Shown here piece by piece: positions 58,453 through 64,000 of a DNA stretch of 64,000 nucleotides. Made by a program: the position numbers and the translations under genes. The stretch's first letter is position 1; each line of letters begins with the position of its first letter. This DNA comes from Planctomycetota bacterium (lineage in GTDB: Bacteria; Planctomycetota; SZUA-567; H5-PLA8). The stretch is from assembly GCA_038227875.1 (NCBI GenBank), contig JBBRPR010000014.1:96001-160000 (forward strand), in the 5' to 3' direction. A model generated the notes under the pieces. It was given only the letters and a program-made list of their open reading frames with translations. It made no database searches and was not told the DNA's origin.

Positions 58453-58503
58453 TTGACGCAGTCGTTTCGCACTGTAATATCCGTTTCGTACAGTGAAACG
58501 GTG
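58453..58503 (+). promoter_or_regulatory. Sigma70-like promoter overlapped by putative IclR operator
   Basis: TTGACG-N16-TAATAT; palindrome CCGTTTC-GTACAGT-GAAACGG and a second half-site CGTTTCG 19 bp upstream. Confidence 0.55.
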
Positions 58504-58507
58504 CTAA

Positions 58508-59269
58508 ATGGCGATCGCGGTCCTCGAAAAGTCTTTTTCCGTCCTCGAAGCGCTTTCGCGCGCTGAAGGGCCCACGCCGCTGGCGGAGCTTGCGGCGCAG
58601 ACCAGGCTGCCCAAGCCCACGATCTACCGCATTCTTAAGACACTCCTGGCGCTCGGCTACGTTGGCCAGGAACGTTCGCTGGCCGGATACTTTCTGACCT
58701 CGCGCATGGCCAACCTCGGCCAGCCTGACGCCTTCGGCGCACTGCGCGAACGCGCGCGGCCGATCATGGAAGAACTGCTCGAACGCTTCAACGAGACGGT
58801 CAACCTCGGCGTGCTGGAAAGCGTTTTCGTTCGCTACATCGAGGTGCTTGAAACGTCGCAGTCATTACGCCAGGTCGTCGCACCACGCTCGCGCGACGCG
58901 TTTTATTCCACGGCCATCGGCCGCGCGCTCGTGGCGTTCCTGCCGGAGACGGAACGCGAACGACTCTTGCGCTCGGTTGAACTAAAAGCGCTGACACCCA
59001 AAACGATCACCGATCGCCACGCGCTGCGCACGGAGCTCGATGACACGCTCAAGCGCGGCTGGTCGCGCGAACAAGGCGAGAACGATCTCGGTGTGATCTG
59101 CTTCGGGGCACCGCTGCTCGATCAGGGCCGCCCCGTCGCGGCGATCAGCATCACCATCCCCACTATTCGCGTCACGACGGAGGTGCGCAAGAACGTCGTC
59201 GCGGCGCTCCGTGCGATTCATAGTGAAGTTGCCCGAGAAAAGGAGCTCCTGCATGGCCGTCCTGGCTGA
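58508..59269 (+). CDS. IclR family transcriptional regulator
   Basis: LPKPTIYRILKTL HTH; ETVNLG, STAIGRA, CFGAPL..AAISI. Confidence 0.93.
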   Translation: MAIAVLEKSFSVLEALSRAEGPTPLAELAAQTRLPKPTIYRILKTLLALGYVGQERSLAGYFLTSRMANLGQPDAFGALRERARPIMEELLERFNETVNLGVLESVFVRYIEVLETSQSLRQVVAPRSRDAFYSTAIGRALVAFLPETERERLLRSVELKALTPKTITDRHALRTELDDTLKRGWSREQGENDLGVICFGAPLLDQGRPVAAISITIPTIRVTTEVRKNVVAALRAIHSEVAREKELLHGRPG

Positions 59270-60584
59270 AACCTCCAGCGCAATTCTGGAACGCAACCGC
59301 GAAGTCATTCCCGGCGGCGTCGTCTCGCTCAACCGCTGCATCGATCCGGTCCGCTCGTTCGTCAGAGCGAAGGGTGCGTACCTTTATGACGCGGAAGGAC
59401 GCCGCTACATCGACTACCACGCGGCGTTCTCGCCGTACCTGCTTGGCCACTGTGATGCCGACGTCGACGGCGCGGTGATCGAATCGATTCAGAGCGGCCA
59501 GTCGCTGATGGGCGCCGGCCCGACGACGTGGGAAGGCGAACTGGCGCGCCTGCTGGTTGAATGCGTGCCGACGCTCGACAAAGTTCAGATCACCAACACC
59601 GGTTCCGAAGCCACGTTCTACGCAATCCGCCTGGCGCGCGCGGCGACCGGGCGCGACGGCGTGGTAGTGATGCAGGGCGGCTACAACGGCTGGCACAACG
59701 ACGTCGCGTTCAATCTGCAGGATCCGGCCGCGGCGATGCGCGAAGATCCAATCAGTGGTGAGCTTCCACTGCGTCCTATCTCCGCAGGCATTCCCGCTAG
59801 TGTGCGCGGCGACGTGCATGCTGTTCACTACAACGATCTGCCGGCCGTCGAATCTGTCTTCAAAACCGGGTTGATCGCAGCGATTATTCTCGAACCGGTG
59901 CTGCAGAACATCGGCATCGTCAAACCGCAGCCGGGGTATTTGCAAGGCTTGCGCGAACTCTGCGACCGCCACGGCGTCGTCCTGATTTTCGATGAAGTGA
60001 AAACCGGCTTCCGCCACGCGCTCGGCGGCTATCAGTCGCTTTGCGGCGTGAGGCCGGACTTGAGCAGCTTCGGCAAGGCCGTCGCCAACGGCTACCCGCT
60101 CGGCGTGATCGGCGGCAAGCGCGAGTACATGGACTACTTCACGCATAGCGATCCGAAAAAGAAAGCGATGATTGGGGGCACGTATAACGCCCACCCCGTG
60201 CCAGTCGCGGCCGCGATCGCGACGCTGAAAAAGCTGCGCGACGGCGCGCACACCATTTATCCGGGCCTGGAGCGCCTCGGCGCGCGCATGGAGGAAGGTC
60301 TGCGCCGCCTGTTCGCGCAGCATCGCATCACCGCGACCGTCGCGCGGCAAGGCTCGGCGTTCACGGCTTACTTCATGGACCACGCGCCACGCGATTGGCG
60401 CGACATTGCCGAGCACCATAATTTTGACTTCGACCTGAAGTACCGCAAGGCGCTGATCGAACAGGGCGTCTTCCATTTCCCCGGCGCGACCAAGCAGGGC
60501 AGCCTCTCGACGGCGCACACGGAAGGCGATGTCGACGAAACACTGGTGATCACCGACCGCGTGTTGCGCGGGCTGAAGGCCTGA
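59253..60584 (+). CDS. Class III PLP aminotransferase (glutamate-1-semialdehyde aminomutase-like)
   Basis: IPGGV.S, GAYLYD.EG..YID, TGSEAT, LIFDEVKTGFR, FGKAVANG, GTYNAHP; AAGGAG RBS. Confidence 0.9.
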   Translation: MAVLAETSSAILERNREVIPGGVVSLNRCIDPVRSFVRAKGAYLYDAEGRRYIDYHAAFSPYLLGHCDADVDGAVIESIQSGQSLMGAGPTTWEGELARLLVECVPTLDKVQITNTGSEATFYAIRLARAATGRDGVVVMQGGYNGWHNDVAFNLQDPAAAMREDPISGELPLRPISAGIPASVRGDVHAVHYNDLPAVESVFKTGLIAAIILEPVLQNIGIVKPQPGYLQGLRELCDRHGVVLIFDEVKTGFRHALGGYQSLCGVRPDLSSFGKAVANGYPLGVIGGKREYMDYFTHSDPKKKAMIGGTYNAHPVPVAAAIATLKKLRDGAHTIYPGLERLGARMEEGLRRLFAQHRITATVARQGSAFTAYFMDHAPRDWRDIAEHHNFDFDLKYRKALIEQGVFHFPGATKQGSLSTAHTEGDVDETLVITDRVLRGLKA

Positions 60585-60604
60585 TTCTCTTTCGAGGACG
60601 AGCG

Positions 60605-61381
60605 ATGCTGCTAAAGAATCAGACGGCGATTATCAGCGGCGGATTGGGCGACATCGGCCGCGCCATCGCGCGCATGTTGGCGACCAACGGCGCCAACATC
60701 GCGCTCGGAGACCTGCTCCCGGTGGACAAAGCCGCGCAGTTTCTGCTCGAACTGGAACGATTGCCGTCCGGCGTAAAAGCGCGCTACGACCGTGTGGATG
60801 TCTGCGACGCATCGGCCGTCACTGCGTGGGTCGAAAGTGCGTCCTCGGCGCTGGGTACGCCGACGCTGGTCGTGCCGAACGCTGCGAAGGTGACGCTCAA
60901 GACGATGCTTGAGGTCACGCCTGCCGAATGGGAATCGGAACTGCGCGTCAATCTGACCGGCGCGTTTCATCTGGCACAGGCGGCGGCGCGGAAACTGGTC
61001 GCGGCGAAGCTGCCGGGCCGGATTGTCTTTATCGGAAGTTGGGCCGCGCACGCGCCGCACCGTCCGCTGCCGGCTTACTCTGTGACAAAAGCCGGACTGC
61101 GCATGCTGATGCGCTGCATGGCGCTGGATCTCGCGGAGCAGAAGATTCTGGTCAACGAAGTTGCGCCCGGCTACGTCGACGCGGGCTTGAGCGGCCGATT
61201 TTTCGAGGCCGACAGCGCAGTGCGCGACGCGGCGCGAGCCCGCGTGCCGATCCAGGAATTGATCTCCGCCGAAGATGTCGCGCGCGAAGTGCTGCATCTC
61301 TGCGACCCGGCATGCCGGCATCAGACCGGCAACGTGGTCGTGATGGACGGTGGACTGTCGTTGGTCAGCAAGGCAAATTGA
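60605..61381 (+). CDS. SDR family oxidoreductase
   Basis: SGGLGDIG, YSVTK, NEVAPG. Confidence 0.92.
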   Translation: MLLKNQTAIISGGLGDIGRAIARMLATNGANIALGDLLPVDKAAQFLLELERLPSGVKARYDRVDVCDASAVTAWVESASSALGTPTLVVPNAAKVTLKTMLEVTPAEWESELRVNLTGAFHLAQAAARKLVAAKLPGRIVFIGSWAAHAPHRPLPAYSVTKAGLRMLMRCMALDLAEQKILVNEVAPGYVDAGLSGRFFEADSAVRDAARARVPIQELISAEDVAREVLHLCDPACRHQTGNVVVMDGGLSLVSKAN

Positions 61382-61398
61382 CAAAGAAAGGCACGGTT

Positions 61399-62784
61399 AT
61401 GAACAGTTCGAGAGCGCCATTTTATCATCCGGGATTCTCCGGTCACATCGGCGTGGCGCGGACGGACATTACGCCGCCCATTGGCATCTACGCGCGTAAC
61501 TGGGGCGCGGCGAAGCACGACGCGGCCGAATCCATTAACCGCCCGCTGACCTTGACGGCGCTGACGCTCCAGACGTCGCCTGACGCGCAGCCGCTGGTCC
61601 TGGTCGCGGCCGACATGGGCTGGTGGCGCGATTCAGCGGAAGCCTCCGTGCGTGAACCGATTCTTGACGCGCTGAAAATTGGGCGCGAACGCTTTATCTT
61701 CAATCTTTCGCACACGCATTCCGCGCCGGTGCTTTCGCCCGGGGTCACCAATGCGGCAGGAGTTCAATTCAGCGAAGCCTACCTGCAGCGCATCCGCGAC
61801 GCGGCGCTCGAAGCCGTGCGCGGAGCCTTGCGCTCGGCACGTCCGGCGACGCTGGAGTGGGCCACCGGTCGCTGCGATCTGGCGCGCAACCGCGATCTGC
61901 CCGAACCGGAGAAGAAGCGCATCGTCTGCGGCTACAATCCGGGCTCCGACGCCGATGACACGCTGCTGATCGGCCGTGTCACGAGCATGATCGACGGACG
62001 CGAGCGCATCCTCGCGACGCTCGTCAACTACGCCTGCCATCCCGTCACGCTGGCCTGGGAAAACCGCGCGATCTCGCCGGACTTCGTCGGCGCGATGCGC
62101 GAAATCATCGAAGGCCGCACTGAAGCGCCGTGCCTCTTCCTGCAAGGCGCGTCGGGCGAACTGGCGCCGGCCGAAGAATACACCGGCGACACGCAGGTCG
62201 CCGATCGCCATGGCCGCCGCCTGGGTTTTGCCGCGCTTTCCGTGATCGAAGGCATGTTGCCAAGCGCGGCGGAACTCGCATATGGCGGAGTCGTCGAATC
62301 CGGTGCGCCGCTGGCGGTCTGGACGCGTCGCCCGCATACGCTCAATACCACACTGGGGGCGATGCGCGCGACGACGGCATACGCAATCAAGAAGGACTAT
62401 CCGCCCGCCGCGGAAATCGAGCAGCAACTGGCCGCATGTTCCGATCGTGTGATGTCCGAACGGATGCGGCGCAAGCTCGCGCTCCGACAGAAACTCGGCG
62501 ACGGCGCGACGGCCGAAAGCGCTCTCTGGGCGTGGCGCATCGGCGATGTCTTCATGCTCGGCGTGCCGAACGAAGCGTACTCGCTGCTGCAGACCGAACT
62601 CCGCCGCCGCCTCGCGCCGCGAATGGTGGCCGTGATGAATCTCGTCAACGGGAGTACCGCTTACCTGCCTCCCGCCACTCTTTATGATACGGATATTTAT
62701 CAAGTCTGGCAGACGCCGTTTGACCGTGGCTGTCTGGAGCAGACCATTGAACTGGGTGCGCGCTGCGTAGAGGAGCTTTCATGA
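61399..62784 (+). CDS. Neutral/alkaline non-lysosomal ceramidase-like amidohydrolase
   Basis: [37 protein letters not shown]. Confidence 0.82.
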   Translation: MNSSRAPFYHPGFSGHIGVARTDITPPIGIYARNWGAAKHDAAESINRPLTLTALTLQTSPDAQPLVLVAADMGWWRDSAEASVREPILDALKIGRERFIFNLSHTHSAPVLSPGVTNAAGVQFSEAYLQRIRDAALEAVRGALRSARPATLEWATGRCDLARNRDLPEPEKKRIVCGYNPGSDADDTLLIGRVTSMIDGRERILATLVNYACHPVTLAWENRAISPDFVGAMREIIEGRTEAPCLFLQGASGELAPAEEYTGDTQVADRHGRRLGFAALSVIEGMLPSAAELAYGGVVESGAPLAVWTRRPHTLNTTLGAMRATTAYAIKKDYPPAAEIEQQLAACSDRVMSERMRRKLALRQKLGDGATAESALWAWRIGDVFMLGVPNEAYSLLQTELRRRLAPRMVAVMNLVNGSTAYLPPATLYDTDIYQVWQTPFDRGCLEQTIELGARCVEELS

Positions 62785-63959
62785 AAATCACCAAGGTCGA
62801 AACGCTCGTTTGTAACGCGCGGATGCGCAACTGGATCTTCGTCAAAGTCGTGACCGACCAGCCCGGACTCTTCGGCTGGGGCGAGGCGACGCTCGAATGG
62901 CATACGCGCTCAGTCGTCGGCGCGGTCGAAGACATTTCGCAGCTGCTCGTCGGCGAAGACCCGACGCGGATCGAGCACCTCTGGCAGATGATGTACCGCC
63001 AGCATTTCTGGCACGGCAACGGCATTGTGCGCGGCACGGCGATCAGCGGCATCGACATCGCACTGTGGGACATTCTCGGAAAAATTCATGGCGTGCCGAT
63101 TCATAAATTGATGGGCGGCCCCGTGCGCGATTACATCCGCACGTACTGCCATCTCGGCGGCGGCAAAATGGAGGATTTTTACAACACGCCCGTCGACAAC
63201 GCGCGCCGCTTCGGGGAGCTTGCCGCCGAAGCCGTCGAGAACGGATACACCGCATTCAAGTCGATGGCTGTGCCCGAAACCGCGCCGATCGAAGGCCTCA
63301 AGCCGATTAAGGCCGCGGAAGCATCCGTCCGCGCGATGCGCGACGCGGTCGGCGACGGCATCGACATCATGGTCGATTGTCACGCGCGCCCCTCACCGCG
63401 CATGGGCCTGCGTTTCGCCAAGGCGCTCGAACCGTACGGGCTCTATTTTTTCGAGGAGCCCTGCTGGCCGGAGACGCTCGACGACATCGCCGCCGTGCAG
63501 CGCGCAGTCTCGACGCCCATCGCAACCGGCGAACGTCTCGTCACGCAACACGCGTTCCGCGAATTGTTTGAAAAACGCGCGTGCAGCATCATCCAGCCGG
63601 ACATCACCCACTGCGGCGGCTTAACGGAAGTCCGGCGTATCGCCGCGATGGCCGAAGCCTATCGCATCGCGCTCGCGCCGCATAACCCGCAGGGACCCGT
63701 GAGCACGGCCGCGTCGCTGGAATTGGGCTTCGCTACACCGTCGTACATCATTTGTGAATCGGTTCACCTCGATGTCCCGTGGCGCCAGGATGTTGTTACC
63801 GAAGGCTTCACCGTCGAGAAAAAGGGTCGGATCGTGCGCCCCGGAAACCGGCCAGGCCTGGGCATCGAAATCAACGAGGCGGAAGTCCGCAAGCATCCGT
63901 TCCAGCAGGAAGTCCTGCAGCGCAGTTTCTACGCGGATGGCAGTGTCGGCGACTGGTGA
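62781..63959 (+). CDS. dgoD: D-galactonate dehydratase-like enolase-superfamily enzyme
   Basis: [51 protein letters not shown]. Confidence 0.88.
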   Translation: MKITKVETLVCNARMRNWIFVKVVTDQPGLFGWGEATLEWHTRSVVGAVEDISQLLVGEDPTRIEHLWQMMYRQHFWHGNGIVRGTAISGIDIALWDILGKIHGVPIHKLMGGPVRDYIRTYCHLGGGKMEDFYNTPVDNARRFGELAAEAVENGYTAFKSMAVPETAPIEGLKPIKAAEASVRAMRDAVGDGIDIMVDCHARPSPRMGLRFAKALEPYGLYFFEEPCWPETLDDIAAVQRAVSTPIATGERLVTQHAFRELFEKRACSIIQPDITHCGGLTEVRRIAAMAEAYRIALAPHNPQGPVSTAASLELGFATPSYIICESVHLDVPWRQDVVTEGFTVEKKGRIVRPGNRPGLGIEINEAEVRKHPFQQEVLQRSFYADGSVGDW

Positions 63960-64000
63960 GACTCTGCTCTCCATAGGAATAAGTGACGTTATCCCCGCCC

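Noticed and set aside
59253..60584. Calling this gene hemL
   Set aside because: Same family, but the catabolic operon context and motif differences make a heme-synthesis role unsupported.

Overview
A GC-rich bacterial chromosomal window. The ECF sigma factor with a very long C-terminal extension, the HEAT-repeat secreted proteins and the receiver-Ser/Thr kinase fusion suggest a Planctomycetota/PVC-type organism (inference only). It holds about 50 coding genes: several AraC/GntR/IclR-regulated carbohydrate or small-molecule catabolic modules (GH1, three PhyH dioxygenases, Gfo/Idh/MocA, SDRs, dgoD-like), ctpA, larC, a ClC-CBS channel, a hybrid histidine kinase coupled to a REC-Ser/Thr kinase, B12-binding/hbd/crt genes, a c-di-AMP (ydaO) riboswitch ahead of a KimA-like K+ transporter, and xseB-ispA-dxs. 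The most unusual items are (1) a single ORF fusing a membrane anchor, serine acetyltransferase (CysE) and indole-3-glycerol-phosphate synthase (TrpC); (2) a visibly lower-GC accessory block (~34.3-38.7 kb) bracketed and punctuated by GTGC-hairpin elements whose stems covary around a conserved RGCCGTTY loop; (3) a phased 12 x 10-bp NNNGCTCATT array in a non-coding gap; and (4) an unnamed YGWP membrane module present three times. I saw no rRNA, tRNA, CRISPR array, integrase or transposase. All calls come from reading motifs by eye; no searches were run.
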